In this document: piece after piece, positions 11,306 to 25,283 of the stretch | Numbering within the stretch: the stretch's first letter is position 1 | How the letters are laid out: the number at the start of each line of letters is the position of its first letter | Translations under genes and position numbers: made by a program | NCBI GenBank assembly: GCA_035221665.1 | Contig: CM069162.1 | Coordinates: forward strand, 25,854,001 to 25,918,000 | Length of the DNA: 64,000 bases | DNA from: Okamejei kenojei | Taxonomy: Eukaryota | Direction: 5' to 3' | The notes under the pieces: model-generated | Told to the model about the DNA's origin: nothing | The model's input: only the letters and a program-made list of their open reading frames with translations | The model's database searches: none

Positions 11306-11311
11306 AATAAA
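11306..11311 (+). terminator. Probable polyadenylation signal of the prothymosin-like gene (proximal alternative at 11020-11025)
   Basis: AATAAA at the end of an AU/TGTA-rich 3'UTR, followed by T/GT-rich sequence. Confidence 0.55.
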
Positions 11312-12889
11312 TCTGGGTTTTTTAAAACATGGTTTTAATGATCATTGTGTGCATATCAATAACATATTTTCAATTTCTTTACAACTACCTATTCGCTTTA
11401 CCCATGAAGAAAAATATACTGAAGGGAAGCGGGTAGAAAAGTTTCATGACTGTTGCCGGGCCAGTGTATGAAAATCTGGATGAGGGTGATTGATGGCTGG
11501 CAGCAAAATGTGGGACAGCTGTATTCGGCCACTTCGAGAAGGAAGTGGAAAGTTATTCCACAGCCAATACTCAGTGGGTCAAGAAACCATTTGAGCTGAT
11601 TCAAGAGAACAGGCCCTTTAATAAAATTTATGGAAATAGTGTGGTTGCATGAGCTCTAGTAAAATGGTTTCCAGCATGACCCTAAATAGTAATATTGTTT
11701 TACAACTATTAGCATAATTGTAAATTATGCCAGGATTAATTACATTCGTAAAATTGATGTGCATGGATTAACCTAGTTGTGTGATTAGAAATGTTCTTGC
11801 GTAGCCTTGGGAGTTGCGCTTGAGATTTTTGTCTTCGTAATGGAAAGAGATGCAATCAAGATGCAATCTGCTTTTTCCTTCACTCCTGTCATTTATTTTT
11901 CTTCAATAATTGGTTTGTGGTACTGTGTGATCTTGTACACGACTTCCCATTGTTCCTTTCCAATTTTCAGTGTCCATTGGTTGTCATCTTATTCTGGTCA
12001 TTTTTTATCATTCCCATTGAAGCCATTTCCCAAATTACATTTCAAGATGAAATGATTTACTTGACTTGAAATAAGGTGGTTGATTAGAAGCAGGTCTCGA
12101 TCCCTAAGTACTTGCAGAGTACTTTGGTCATTTTTGCCAGACATGCTTCATAGTCAATTTTTCTTTTTCTAAACTTTGCTTTTAATTGGCGTCGTTTACA
12201 ATTTCACTTAAGTTTGAAGAATAAATATAAAGGATTAGATGCTGGGAGCTAGCGTGAGAAATGTATGGGTTCAAGTTTAGCTCTAGAATGTAATAACTCC
12301 AAATTAATATCAAATGTTCTTGGTTGACATTTAAAATATTTCATCTAATGTACTGACCAACAGTTCTCCCAGATTATCAGTTACCCATACATTCTCAACC
12401 CCTCAAAAGTCACATGTGGTCATTTGCTTTATAATATCTTAGTTCCATATTTCTCTATCATTATAGCAGTTTGATAGTTAGCAACAAGGAGGTCATTCCA
12501 GATATAACTCCTCAGTGAAAAAGTCGGCCCTAAGTAAGATCTTCAAATCTCTCATCTAACTTTGGAGTTAAATTCCATTTCCCATTTAGGCCCGCCTTCC
12601 TAATTGATCTGGATCTTGTCAACAGCTATTTTTCGACACTGTCTTTGATACCACCAATTTTGATGCATTGTATAAATTTCCTAACAATGTTAACTGCATT
12701 GTTGTCCAGTTCATTAATTTAGGTAACAAATAGGACCAGAACCAACCTTTGTTCTCCAATCAAAGGCTTTGCCAATAGGCAAAGATAGGCCAGTTAGGTT
12801 CACTGCCCTATCTATCCTCTTGGTGACCTCAAAGTTAAAAACATTATCATATTTCCTGTGTACAAAGCCATATTGACTCCCTAATCAGT

Positions 12890-13232
12890 GTTTAAGAAGG
12901 AACTGCAGACAAAATGGAAAATGGAAGGTAGACAAAAGTGTTGGAGAAACTCAGCGGGTGCGGCAGCATCTATGGAGCGAAGGAAATTGGCAACATTTTG
13001 GGCCAAAACCCTTCTTAAGATTCCCTAATCAGTCTGTCTATCCAAATGCTGGTAGCATTTCCTTTCCTCAAGAATCCTTTCCCAGCAACATATCCACCAC
13101 TTCAGTCAAAAGAAAGGTCTTGACCGGAAACGTCACCCATTCCTTCTCCAGAGATGCCGTCTGTCCTGCGTTACTCTGGCATTTTGAGTCTATCTTTGAT
13201 TTAAACCAGCATCTGCAGTTCTTTCCTACACA
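12890..13232. mobile_element. Inverted pair of Penelope-derived short repeats
   Basis: Minus copy 12890-13020 and plus copy 13100-13232 both match the 3' end of the Penelope element at 55315-55405. Confidence 0.7.
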
Positions 13233-13479
13233 TTTTATGAACCATTAATGTTGGGCCACCATCCAGTCTTTTGGAACTTAACCTGTGGATAATGGAGTAG
13301 CTTACAGGGACAACTGCAGTTTGTATGAAGTACTGGAGGTAAAGTATACCAGTGGTGTATGCATTGAATGTTTAAGATATTGGATCACAATGAATTTGAA
13401 TATTTGGAGGGTAGTTACAAGATACCGGAGGTGGTGGTTTACCAAGGAAAGACAAAATGCCGAGTAACTGAATGCTGTG

Positions 13480-14045
13480 GGTCAGGACCCTGGTGTGGGG
13501 GAAGGAAGAGGAAGAGTGGAAGGGCAGAACAAAGTCTGGCAGGTCACATGAGGGAGGAGATTTGATAGGTGGATAAAGGCTAAATGATATGAACACAAAC
13601 AAAGTGAGTAAACGATTAGGGACGTGAATTGTTTAGGTATGAAGGTGGGTGGGGGGGGTAAAGAAAGGTGCAAGATCAGTCGACATGGGAGGAAAGAAAG
13701 GTGGGTTAATGGTGGGTAAAAGGGGAGGGTGTTGTAGAAGCTTGCTAAAGTTGGAGAATTCAATGTTCATACTGTTGGTTTGTAAGTTACGCAAGCAGCA
13801 TTTGAGGTGCTGTTCCTCCAATTTACGTGTTGCCTCACTGGCAATGGAGGAGAATCAGGACCCAAAGGAATGGGAAGTGGAGTTCCGCAGGCCTTGGTGT
13901 ACCGAGCGCAAGACCGACCAAAATGTGTGCTAAGACTACGCTTGATCTTGCCAATGTACAGGCTACATCGAGAACACCAGATGCAGCAGATACCGTTGGA
14001 GAAGGTGAACCTCTGTCTCACCTGGACAGACTCTGGGTCCCTGGA
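13480..14045 (-). mobile_element. Penelope-like element fragment (GIY-YIG region and 3'UTR)
   Basis: Minus ORF VQVRQRFTFSNGICCIWCSRCSLYIGKIKR. Confidence 0.75.
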
Positions 14046-14129
14046 TGGAGTTGGAAAAGGAACAGTTTGAGGGTTGTTCAAGCTGCACTCATCCAGACAC
14101 TCCTAACTCGTTTCTTGTAGTAGATACAA

Positions 14130-15430
14130 ATGCTCGAGAATATCAGAAGTTCATCACTGCAGGGATATCATGCCTCTGACTTGTCCTAGCCACACCATGT
14201 ATGTGACTGGTCTAGTTGAGTTTCTGGTGAATGAAGGTCCTGCCTCTGCACCCCTAGTACCATGCTGCCCAGATGATGGACTTGGAGATAGTAATGCCAT
14301 TGAATATCAAAGGTAGTTGTTCAGATTTTTGGAACTGGTCAATCCCATACACTTTCGTGCAGGAATGTTGCCTGCCACATATCAGCCCATTCTGTTGTCT
14401 GGATCTTTCTGCAATCAGGTAGTTTTCCCCCGATCTGATTTGATTCCATCTGCCTTTCACCTCTCCCCTTACCACCTTCCTCAATTATCAGATTTCAGCA
14501 CAGGTAGATTTTATGCCCCAGCTCATCATCCTAGCTATCTCCACATTCTCCCTCACCTCTTCATCTGCCTTTTTGTCTTTCCCATTTATCATTCACATGC
14601 TTCCATGTCCCAATTCCACCCCACATTCACTTACTGCCCGGTCATACACCAAACCCCCCCCCCCACTTTGTCCTGATGCAGGGTCTTGACCCTGCAGCAG
14701 ATTGTTACTCCAGATTCCCAAATCTGCAGTGTCTTGGGTATCCAAAATTTAATTTCCTGCGGTGTTAATGATGGAAATGAACAATTGTCAATCATCAGGG
14801 AGCATTTCCACTTCCAGCTTTACAATGGTAAGAAGATTGTTGATGAAGCAACTGAAGAGATTGGGTCAACAATGAAGAACTCCTACAGTGATGATTGCAA
14901 CTACCAACAACCGTAGCCATCTTCTTTGTGCGAAGTTTGACTTCAGCCATTGGAATGTGTTTTTCTTTGTTTCCCCACTGACTTCAGCATTGCCAAACAT
15001 CTTGATGCCCCACTGTCAAATGCTGCCTTGATATCACCTCACCTCTGGAATTCAGCTCTTTGGTCTATGTTTGTTTCCAAGCTCTGATGCAGCCTGGAGC
15101 TAAGTGGTCCTAGCAAAACCAAAATGGGTGTTGATGAACAAGTTATTGGTGAGTGCCTCTTGATAGCATTGTCAACATCTTCTATCACTTTGTTTGTGGT
15201 TGTAAATATTCAGCCTTGTCTTTCCTACTCCAGGCCCAGCCATTGTGAAGGTGCAGATTGTCTTGGAGCCAATAATTGTTTACAACGCAATGCAATGAGA
15301 TGGTTGAACTTGGATCTAGTCCATAAATTATAAGATTGCATGACTTTGTCTATGACACATTATTCTTGCTGTTTCGCATCTACATAGCCGAGTGTTGAAG
15401 CCTGAATATGCTGGCAATTAATTTCATGTA
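14130..15430 (-). mobile_element. Old degenerate LINE fragments (CR1/L2 group) interrupted by a Penelope remnant at about 14400-14745
   Basis: Colinear similarity to 29520-31260 and 43200-44350. Confidence 0.45.
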
Positions 15431-15437
15431 CCCTCAT

Positions 15438-16100
15438 TGAAACGTAGAAAATAGCTGCAGGACTAGGCCATTCGGCCCTTCGATCCTGCGCCGCCATCCG
15501 ATATGATCATGGCTGAAGTCCAAAATTAGTACCCCGTTCCTGGTTTCAACCCATATCCCTTGATTCTTTTAGCCCTATGAGCTATATCTAACTCTCATGA
15601 AAACATCCAGTGAATTGGCCTCCACTGCATTCTGTCGCAGAGAATTCCACAGATTCACAACTCTCTGGGTAAATTTATTTTCCTCAGCTCAGTCCAAAAT
15701 GGCCTACCCTTTATTGTTAAACTTTGACTGCTGGTTCAGGACTCCCCCAACATCGGGAATTTCGTTCCTGCATCTAAACTGTCCAATCCCTTAAGAATTT
15801 TTTTTCTATAAGATACCCTCTCATCTTTCTAAATTCCCGTGAATATAAGCCCAGTCGATCCATTCTTTTATCATATGTCAGTCCTGCCATCCTGGGAATT
15901 AACCTGGTGAACGTACACTAGAATGTCCTTCCTCAAATCAAGAGACCAAAACTGCACACAATACTCCAAGTGTGGTTTGTACTGCAGCAGAACTTCCTCG
16001 CTCCTATACTGAAAACCAACATACCATTTGCTTTCTTCCCTGCCTGTATGCATACTTTCAGTGACTGATGTACAAGGACACCCAAGTCTCGGATTGAACC
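15438..16100 (-). mobile_element. CR1 LINE 3' fragment
   Basis: Minus-strand PHLEYCVQFWS and the CR1 3'UTR/tail at about 15440-15520. Confidence 0.8.
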
Positions 16101-17534
16101 AGGGCCGATGTTGTGGCTCGATAGTGATGGGAGACGGAGGGACATGCAAGCCTGAAGAAGGATCCCAACCCGAAACATCACCTAGTTAGTTTTTTTTGTT
16201 GTGATGCATATTTCAGCTGCTGCTGCTGACCTATGAAGCATCAACAATGTCCAGTTTTGAACAACCAATCTGCTCCAATTTTTTGCCATGCTACATGATG
16301 CCACATGTAGATTGATTTGTGAAGATAAAGTAGTTTAACCCCTCATTATTGGCTTCAGAATGATATTTTGTTGCCACGTTCTTAAATCTTACTTTGACAC
16401 TTGATCTTATCTTATCTTTCATCTTTTACCCAGTGCAACAGCTATGACTATCAAGGCTTGGCCAGGTTGGCCATGGGTGAAACTGTGATTTACTGGTACT
16501 ACTTTTAATTTACTATGTGTAAAGTATGAATCTCCTTTGTGAAATATGTCATTTTGCGCTTCCAATCAACTTGTTACTTTAATTTTCTAAGGCTATGCCA
16601 ACTTGACCTCTCTGTCCTCAGCCTACTACACTGTCCCAAACTAAATACAGGAAGAGCATTTGGGCTCATTACATACTACAGCCTTCTGCAGCTTCAGATA
16701 ATTACTCTGCATTTATACCTTCTGCAGACTGACTCTTTGTTCCCAACAATCACCTTTAATCAACTTAATCATTTAATCCTTGAACCTTTTATTCTATCGC
16801 ATATTGTGGTCTACCCTACCACTCTCCCTTTCTCTTGATTCCATTTTTGTGTCTTTATTTCCAATTCTGGCAAAAGCTGATTAATTTGAAATGTAAATTT
16901 TCTATTTCCATGGATGTCATTGGACATGCTGAGTATTTTCAACAGGTTCTGTTTTAGATTTCCAGCATTCATACTCATTTGCGTTTGTGTGGGAGTACAG
17001 AGCACAACGTATTCATCACAAGTGAATGGTCTTCATGTTGGGGATGGGCATCTAGAATACAGATGTCCAGCACACCAATATAGAACATACAGTATACTGT
17101 ACATAGATCTGCAGATCATGCTGTACCTGATGGGTATGCACACCACAGGTGTATAGAACATGAAAACACTGAATTTTTAAAAAAGCAGAAAATGATTTAA
17201 GTATACAATACTTCAAGCAGCACCTGTCGAGCGAGGAAGAGATTCTAGTTTATTGAACATGGGTGTGCTGAACGAGAGTGCAGGGAATGTGTGGGGTGTA
17301 AGGTCTTTGTGGGTTTTCTGTCATTCTTCCCTGGTTTGAGCTGACCATACCAAATGTAATTCACCCTTCGTTGTCCCTCACTTTCCAAACCTAGTGAAAC
17401 TAAGAATGGCAACAGTGCTTAGATCCAGAGAACTGATTGTAAAATATCTGGAAAGATTATAAATAGCTTGGAAGCTGGATTTTACTCCCGGGGAAATGAA
17501 TTTTGGTTGAAAGTCCCGGTTATTCACATACTAA

Positions 17535-17913
17535 AGTGCCTGTCCCACTTACGCGACCTTTACAGGTGACGGCCGGCACCCGTGATAGGTCGCCGAAATT
17601 TTCAACATGTTGAAAATTCAGCGGCGATCAGAAAGATGCTACGACTCTTTGGAGATGTCTCACGACCATAGGAGACCTCTCACAACCACACAGGCTGTAT
17701 GGTCGTAAGAGGTCTCCTATGGTCTTGAGAGGTCACCCGCGTTATGTAGCCAGGGGTCGCATGTATGGTCGTGAGAGGTCTCCTATGGCTGAGAGATGTC
17801 TGCAAAGAGTCGTAGCGTCTTTCTGGTTGCAGCTAAATTATCAACAATTTGAAAATTTCGGCGACCTATCACGGGTACCAGCAGTCGCCTGTAAAGGTTG
17901 CGTAAGTGGGACA
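17535..17913. mobile_element. Palindromic MITE (non-autonomous DNA transposon, PIF/Harbinger-like termini)
   Basis: TGTCCCACTTACGC (17541) pairs with GCGTAAGTGGGACA (17913). Arms are complementary over about 150 bp. Preceded by TAA. The outermost right TIR bases are missing. Confidence 0.85.
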
Positions 17914-18945
17914 CTGTTGGCATTCCCAGCTCTGTCCTTAGATTAGTATTTTATATGAAACAATAAGAGCAGGGAATTCATAGATGGTCAAGCATTCTCT
18001 GTATACACTGAGAACTTGGGAAAAAACAGTGATATAATATGCAACCCTTGAGCATAAACAGGTACCTGGATCCCAGTGAGAGTCAGCAACTTCAGCAAAG
18101 GGGATAAGACCTGATCCCCAAGATAATCTAATAATCCTGAGGTGTGAACTAACAGTCCAAAAATGTGCATTTAAATCCCACCATTCAGTTAATGATAAGT
18201 TTGGATATAGAGCCAGAGTCAGTAATGGTGACCATGAGACTATTAGATTGTTGGGGAATTATTTCAGGGAAAGAGAACAACTCTCTGACCTCTATGTAAC
18301 CACAGACCCACAGCAATGTGGTTAACGCTTAACTGCCCCCTGATATCTCCAACAAGCCATTCTAATGCATCATAACCACCATATTGAAGCATAATGACAA
18401 TAAGAATAACAAGAATAAAACAGGATGCACCACTAAGAATTTATTATGGCAAGCATTGGTCACACAAACATCTGTGCACTAGTGTCTACACTGCAAGAAC
18501 TGATCTAGACATTATTGAGGCAAGAGTCTTACATAGTCAAATTATTACCGTTCTCTGAGGAAGTGACAGATTAAGGGGGAACAAGTGAACATGATGTATT
18601 TTGATATTTTTAAAGATTTACCCACTGACTCCTGGGAATCTCTGGTCCAGGACTACCCAACGTGGAGACGGAGTATTTGAGATGGTATTAAGAACCTTAG
18701 GCCATGAATTGGGAGCACAGATGCCTTGCGTAAGTAGCAGAAGGGGTGAATCATGTCACAAATTACTCACCCACCCAGTCCATCAGCTGCCAGCTGTAAC
18801 ATCCATGGAAGAGTTTATCGTTCAAACTCTTGTCTCAGAATCTCTAAAAATGGAGTGAATGTAATCCTCGATCCCGAGAGATAGCCTAAGAATTTGATTT
18901 GTTATCAGGAAAAATTGTCCGACAAGGCCAAATATCATGCTTTCA

Positions 18946-19120
18946 TGTGTAGGAAGGAACTGCAGATGCTGGTTTAAACCAAAAGTTAGACATAAAATGC
19001 TGGAGTAACACAGCGGGACAGGCAGCACCTGGGGTCGGCTTTTTCAGACCCGAAACGTCACCCATGCCTTCTCTCCAGAGATGCTGCCTGTCTCGCTGGG
19101 TTACTCCAGCATTTTGTATC
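18946..19120. mobile_element. Inverted pair of Penelope-derived short repeats
   Basis: AAAATGCTGGAGTAAC...GGCAGCA is followed by its reverse complement with CCGAAACGTCA. Confidence 0.75.
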
Positions 19121-19129
19121 ATAGTTCCA

Positions 19130-19860
19130 TGTTAGGTAAGATTGCATAGAGGAATAATGGGCTTCATGAGAATATAGATAAGCCGAATGTATGGACCAGA
19201 ACACGGCTGATGCAAAAGAATGTGCAAAAATGTGAAGTTATCCACTTTGGTCTACAAAATAGAAAAACCTAACACTTTAAAATGATGAGAGATTGTGTAA
19301 TGCTCAAAAAGATCTAGGTATCCAAGTACCAGGCCACATAAAGGATTAGTAAGACAAATGGTATGATGGCTTTTAAAACAAGAGGATTTAACTACAGGAA
19401 TAAAGAAGTTTTATCCAATTATATAGGACCCCAGAGTACAACGGTGTATAGTTTTGGTTTTGTAGCCTAAAAAAAGGTTATACTTCCCACAGATTCACTC
19501 GACTCGTTCCAAGGATGACTGTTTTGCCATGTACGGAGAAATTGAGATTAGACTTGTATTCTTTAGTTTGGAAGAATGTGATCTCATTGAAACTTACAAA
19601 ATGCTTACAGGGCCATAACATGCTGGATGCCAGGAGAATTTTTTTTTCCCCAGCATGGAGACGTTTCTTTATGCATAAGATGATGAATCTTTGGAATTCT
19701 CTATCCCAGTGAGATTAGAAGGCACAGTCATTGAGTTCCTTCAAAACGGGATGAATAAATGTCACTAAGTTAAGGAGAATCGGGAAATGGCCGGCTAATG
19801 CAAAAAAAACACAGTGAGGTAGATCAGCCATGATCTTGATGATGGTGAAGCAGACTCCAG
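19130..19860 (+). mobile_element. Degenerate CR1 LINE fragment
   Basis: Remnants of KCEVIHFG, LYSL and NLWNSL, colinear with 2400-3260. Confidence 0.65.
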
Positions 19861-19957
19861 ACCCCATGAAGTTTCAGATGCATGTAAAGCTGCCTCCTGA
19901 TTAGTTGATGAATTAACTATTGAACAATGTTTGTGAGCAGCAATGTGAAAAGTAAGG

Positions 19958-20046
19958 AAAAATGCTGGAGTAGCTCAGCAGGACAGGCAGCATCTCTGGA
20001 GAGAAGGAATGGGTAATGTTTTGGGTCGAGACCCTTCTTCAGACTG
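19958..20046 (-). mobile_element. Penelope-derived short repeat with hammerhead-like core
   Basis: Reverse complement reads CAGTCTGAAGAAGGGTCTCGACCCAAAACATTA. Confidence 0.75.
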
Positions 20047-20769
20047 ATCCGCGTGTTAGCATCAGTATGAGTGACCACAGCCATTTGTGTCTGCAAAATC
20101 TTCCAAATGCATTGTCAGGATAAGTGAACCAATGTCAGTATCCTCACTCAGGCCAGCATCCCCAGCACTGAGATTGTAATTAAACTCAACCTGCTTCATT
20201 GGACACAAACACCCGCCTTACTGCAGAGTCTCAAAGCAGACACTCAATTCGGAGATTCTGCTGAACAGAGGAAAAAAATCCAGATTTCCAGATCCAGATT
20301 TCCAGATCCAGAATCCAGAAATCTCAAAATTTCACTGAAGAAGTGTGACATCCACTGCTGGGAATCCCTTGCCCAAATCCACTTGAAATGGGGGAAAAGC
20401 ATCGAGACAGACTCCGACCACTTCAAGTCTTTCCAACAGAAGCATGTGACAGCCAAATGTAACCAGTGGAAATAATCAAAATAACCCACCCACCTTCCCC
20501 ACCTGTGGCTGGGTTCCTCATGGAGCTAATTGATCATCCCAGAACCCATATAGTGGACACAAATCACCCCAATCCCCAAGGGACTGCCTAAGAAAAAAAC
20601 AACACTATAGAAAGCCACGTCTCTATGATAAAGTGGAAATTGCACATGTTGTCTTGTCCATTAAAATAAAATTGGCCTGTTACCAACCAAGCAATTTTAT
20701 TCTCAGCCATTAGGAACTAGATGATATCATGGCTGTGTATCCCAGTTACAGTCTGTGTCTTCAGGAGAT

Positions 20770-20858
20770 AAGACACAAAAAACTGGAGTAACTCAGTGGG
20801 ACAGGCAGCATCTCTGGAGAGAAGGAATGTGACGTTTTGGGTCGAGTCCCTTCTTCAG
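20770..20858 (-). mobile_element. Penelope-derived short repeat
   Basis: Same family as 19958-20046. Confidence 0.7.
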
Positions 20859-23542
20859 GATGTGAATCCTGCTTGGTCAGAAGGTGCAGCTTTGCAAAAT
20901 CTTTGCCTCTTTTGAATCAGTGGACTTCTTTCAGAGGCAATGCTTGCACAGAGGTGTCTGGCAACAGGAGAACATGTTTTCTGTTATGTGCTAATTTTAA
21001 TTATCCTGGCAGAGGTGCATCACACAAGAGATTGCCAATTACCAACACCGATGAGCAAAGTTGTTTCAATCTCAATGGATTTGATCAGCTGTGAAGTGTT
21101 CCCAGAAGTTACACTCTGAGACTTGGTGGAAGGTTCTAACAGAGATTAACTCAGCGGGACAGGCAGCATCTCTGGAGAGAAGGAATGGTTGATTAGGAAC
21201 AAATCTAAATATTCATCAAAAGCTTTCCATGAATTGACTGGTGGAACTTCAATTGAGGTTGATTTTCTGTTTTGCCTCCTTTCCTGTTAGTGCTGATCAT
21301 CACTGAGATCCAGTTCCCTCCCCTTAAGTCGCTGACTGTCACTGTGACATGGATCCCCTTTGCTCCTGCCTTTTATAATTTTGAATAGCTGTATTAATAC
21401 TTTCCTTAATCTTCCCCAAGGAAATGTGTCCAGCATTGCTCAATCTTTTCAGGTATCTTGTCCCTCATCCATGGTCTGATGCTTTTCTTTAGATCCGGTG
21501 TGTTCTTTGAGAGCTGGATCCAACACAGAAGAAAATAGGGAATACCGGTTGGAAGCTGCTCTTATCACCCATTGTTTGGGAAAGTACAGGACGAAGAGCA
21601 AGGATTGCTGGAATTTCAAAGCAATTATGGCATTGTGACAGCGTGACAATTTAACTCCAGCTCTACAATGATAATCAAAGAAGAGATACAGAAATTCAGG
21701 AAAATTGAGATTTGAATAGATCAATGACAGATCAAACTTTCTGCTTTTCCCACCTCCATTTTCTTTTAATAAATTGGTAATGCTATCTCCAGCTTAACAC
21801 CCGCAGGTGCAGCGTTGAAATTACACCCTAACTAATATTGCTTAGTTATGTGGGTTTGGTCAGGCTGTGGAGCAGATGGATGCAGTGATCTGAAAGGATA
21901 GCGACCAGAACGGTGTATCCGTGGCTCCCTCTGGTGTCAAACAATGGCATTGCTGAAGAGGAACGTTTTTTAAATTGTATTGAAACCCTGTGATAATCCA
22001 CAAGCACAAATCTCAGTGCAAAGGCAACAAAGCTCTCCACCTGTTACAGGGTGAAAGAAAGATAAATCAGACAGTGTAGTGAAGCAGAACATTAACATTT
22101 GTCAAGGCAGGGCAAACCCCTTCTATAGGTAGGTTAAATGTAATGAGCACTATATCCAAGCCCATCCCTCAAAACTGCTGATAACCTGGAGCAAAAACCT
22201 TCTCTAACTCTGTCTGCCATTATCCCAGACACCAAAACGAATTGTATCTTGAAGCTGGAGGTCTAATTGAGATCAGTACTCTTGATGATTGAACTGGTTT
22301 GAAATAGTTTGTTACTGATCAATATAATTAAATAAATGACACAGAAGAACAACATTTTGGACCTATTTAATCTCATTTTTTTAAACCAAGGTCCTTACTG
22401 TGTCATTCATATTCAAGTCAATAATCATTTACAAGTGCAATAAGTTTTTACCTAGAATCAGAGTAAAGATTAATACAATTATAAACATTTTTCCTTCCCG
22501 TACTCAAATTGAGTGAGGGACTGAGCTGGTATAAGATGTTTTTTTGCTCTGCTAATTAGTGCTCTAATTGTCCTGTTTCCTACTGTGACTCCACTCCATC
22601 AACACAATCAGATAACATTCAAAGCGAACTGACCAGGCTCCCCAATCTTTCCAGTGCAAAACAAATTACGGCAGATGCTGGAAATCTAAAAAAAAGCGTT
22701 GGAAATACTCAGCAGGTTAACCAGAATCTGTGAAGAGAAAAACAGTTACTATTCTGTTCAATGACCTTCTATCAGCCCGTTCTGGTGACCTGTTGCGTAT
22801 TTTCAGAATTTGTTTACTATCTCTTACCTCTGTGAGCATGTTTTCATATTTACCCACACATAATAATGGATGTGTGCTCTTCACCATCACCCATAGAAAT
22901 AAATATTGGCATAAAAACAAACTGCTGGAAGTACTCAGTGAGTCAAGCAGCAATTGGGAATGGGTGGGGGAGGTGAAGGAGTTGTGAACATTTCTAGAAA
23001 TTAGGGCTGAGACTCTTGCGTTGATGCAGGGTCTTGACTCAAATCATTAAAATTTTGTTTGCCTCCACAGATGCTGTTCGATCTGCCGAGTTCCTTCAGC
23101 AATTCATTTTTGCTTCAGATTCCAGCATTTACTGTCTCCTATATCTCAAATAAATAGTTACATGCTACCCCAATACAAGCACCTCAAATTTCATTCCCTT
23201 CTCCTGAATAATTGGGGAAAGATGTGCACTGATTCAGGACTCAACCACAGGATATTGCAGAGGAGCAGTGACTTGTGTACTTCATGAAGCTATCACCTGA
23301 GTTCTATGGGATGCAAGCTTCAATTTGAACAACAATAAGAGGCCATAGAGGCCAACTGAGCAAGAATGTGGCAAATCGAATATCATGACTTTGGATCATG
23401 ACTCTTTGGAATTTTTCATCCCACAAACCCATGGGGACAATGCCATTAAATATATTCAAGGTGGACATTGATACATTTTTGAACTATAAGGGAGTGAAGG
23501 GACATGGGGAGAACGTGGGAAAGTGGTGTTGAGGCCAAGATT

Positions 23543-23996
23543 AACATAGAAACATAGAAAATAGGTGCAGGAATAGGCCATTCGGCCCTACGAGCCTTCA
23601 CCGCCATTCAAAATGATCATGGCTGATCATCCAACTCAGTATCCTGTACCTGCCTTCTCTCCATACCCCCTGATCCCTTTAGCCACAAGGGCCACATCTA
23701 ACTCCCTCTTAAATACAGCCAATGAACTGGCCTCAACTACCTTCTGTGGCAGAGAATTCCAGAGAGTCACCACTCTCTGTGTGAAAAATGTTTTCCTCAT
23801 CTCAATCCTGAAGGAATTCCCCCTTATCCTTAGACTGTGACCCCTTGTTCTGGATCTCCCCAACATCGGGAACAATCTTCCTGCATCTAGCCTGTCCAAC
23901 CCCTTAAGAATTTTGTAAGTTTCTATAAGATCCCGTCTCAATCTTCTAAATTCTAGCGAGTACAAGCCGAGTCTATCCAGTCTTTCCTCATATGAA
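23543..23996 (-). mobile_element. Young 5'-truncated CR1 LINE inserted in an older LINE tail (about 23340-24060)
   Basis: [31 protein letters not shown]. Near-identical to 2820-3262, including the tail. Confidence 0.9.
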
Positions 23997-24546
23997 AATC
24001 ACCATGATCTTTCTGAATGGCAGAGCCGGCAGACTGAACTACTTCTGATCCTTTGTTTTTACATTCCTATCTAAAGGACTGATGATGCCCTCTGTCCAAA
24101 TTGTAGTGAGCAAATATTAATGGCAAAGATTAACCATAACGTGACATTGATAAGTGTAGAGTTAACAAAAGTTAGTTAGTTGAATTGTCCATAAAAATCT
24201 CTACTTGCAACCATATCACTAAAATATAAAGGTGAAGTTTCTCTCTGATTTAGGGTTTTATTAACCTCTGAGGAAGCTAGAATCATTAAAAAAGTTAATT
24301 TAGGGAATGCACAATTAATCTCAGATGGACAGATTTTTAGTTTATATCTGTACCTGATGTGTGATGGGACAGAGTTGAGGGAGGTTTCTTTGTACCAACC
24401 CTTGGAATGTCGGCCCCGGGACAGACAGCACAAATACACAAACCCACTGCCGCAGTCACTGGATAATGATCTTTAAGTGGGGACACTCCCTGGTTCAAAT
24501 TGTAACAAACTATAATCACTGTTGCCATTAGACCAAGATCAGTTAG

Positions 24547-24850
24547 GGCTGCACGTAGCGCAGCGGTAGAGGTGTTTCCTTACAGTGCCAGAAACCCAGG
24601 ATCAATCCTGACCACGGGTGCTGTCTGTATATTGTTAGTACATTCTCCCTGTGACAGCATGGGTTTTCTCAGGGTGCGCTGGTTTCCTCCCACACTCTAA
24701 AGATGTACAGATTTGTAAGTTAATTGGCTTTGGTAAAATTGTCCCTTGTGTGTAGGATAGTGTTGCCGTACGGGATGGTCGCTGGTCGACGTCAATTTGA
24801 TAGGCCGAATGGCCTGCTTCCGCAATTTATCTCTGAAGTCTAAAGTAAAG
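24547..24850 (+). mobile_element. Full-length V-SINE/HE1-type SINE
   Basis: tRNA-derived head (GCGCAGCGGTAGAG...GGATCAATCC), V-domain, CR1-like tail GGCCGAATGGCCTG and short repeat end. Confidence 0.85.
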
Positions 24851-25114
24851 ATGGAACCTGGGACTGTCATACAATGTATCATTCTCACTGTGTCCTCAAT
24901 TTAACCACTCGTTACCCTTTGGATATTTTTCAGGGTTGAAGTGAGCCTACTCTCCATCTTACATAGGATGAGGAATCTCATAAACTAAGACTGTGGTTCA
25001 CAAAACTGTGTGCTGGGAGGTTTTGTGGACTGTATTAACACATATTGCCTTCCATGGACAATGGATTGCTTTAACTGAAAACATTTCACACTCCCAGCTT
25101 ACAACATATTATTC

Positions 25115-25283
25115 GCCTTCCAACACAGTGAGGAATGTGGAGGAGTCACTGTGGTGGATGTTTACGTTAAAATGTATTTTGTGTGTTCCGTTGCTTTTTA
25201 TTTGTATGACTGACTTGGCAAATGAAATTCCTTGTATGTTGCAAAAACATACTTGGATAATAAAGTATTATTGTGATTGTGAT
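25115..25283 (+). mobile_element. 5'-truncated copy of the non-autonomous retroposon family seen at 48578-49578
   Basis: Shares GCCTTCCA.CACAGTGAG...TCACTGTG.TGGATGTTT with the reverse complement of 48690-48736. AATAAA and (ATTGTG)n tail. Confidence 0.6.

Noticed and set aside
20270-20325. Short tandem (TCCAGA-like) repeat
   Set aside because: Ordinary slippage repeat.
24547-24620. tRNA gene
   Set aside because: It is the tRNA-derived head of a V-SINE, with no intact cloverleaf.
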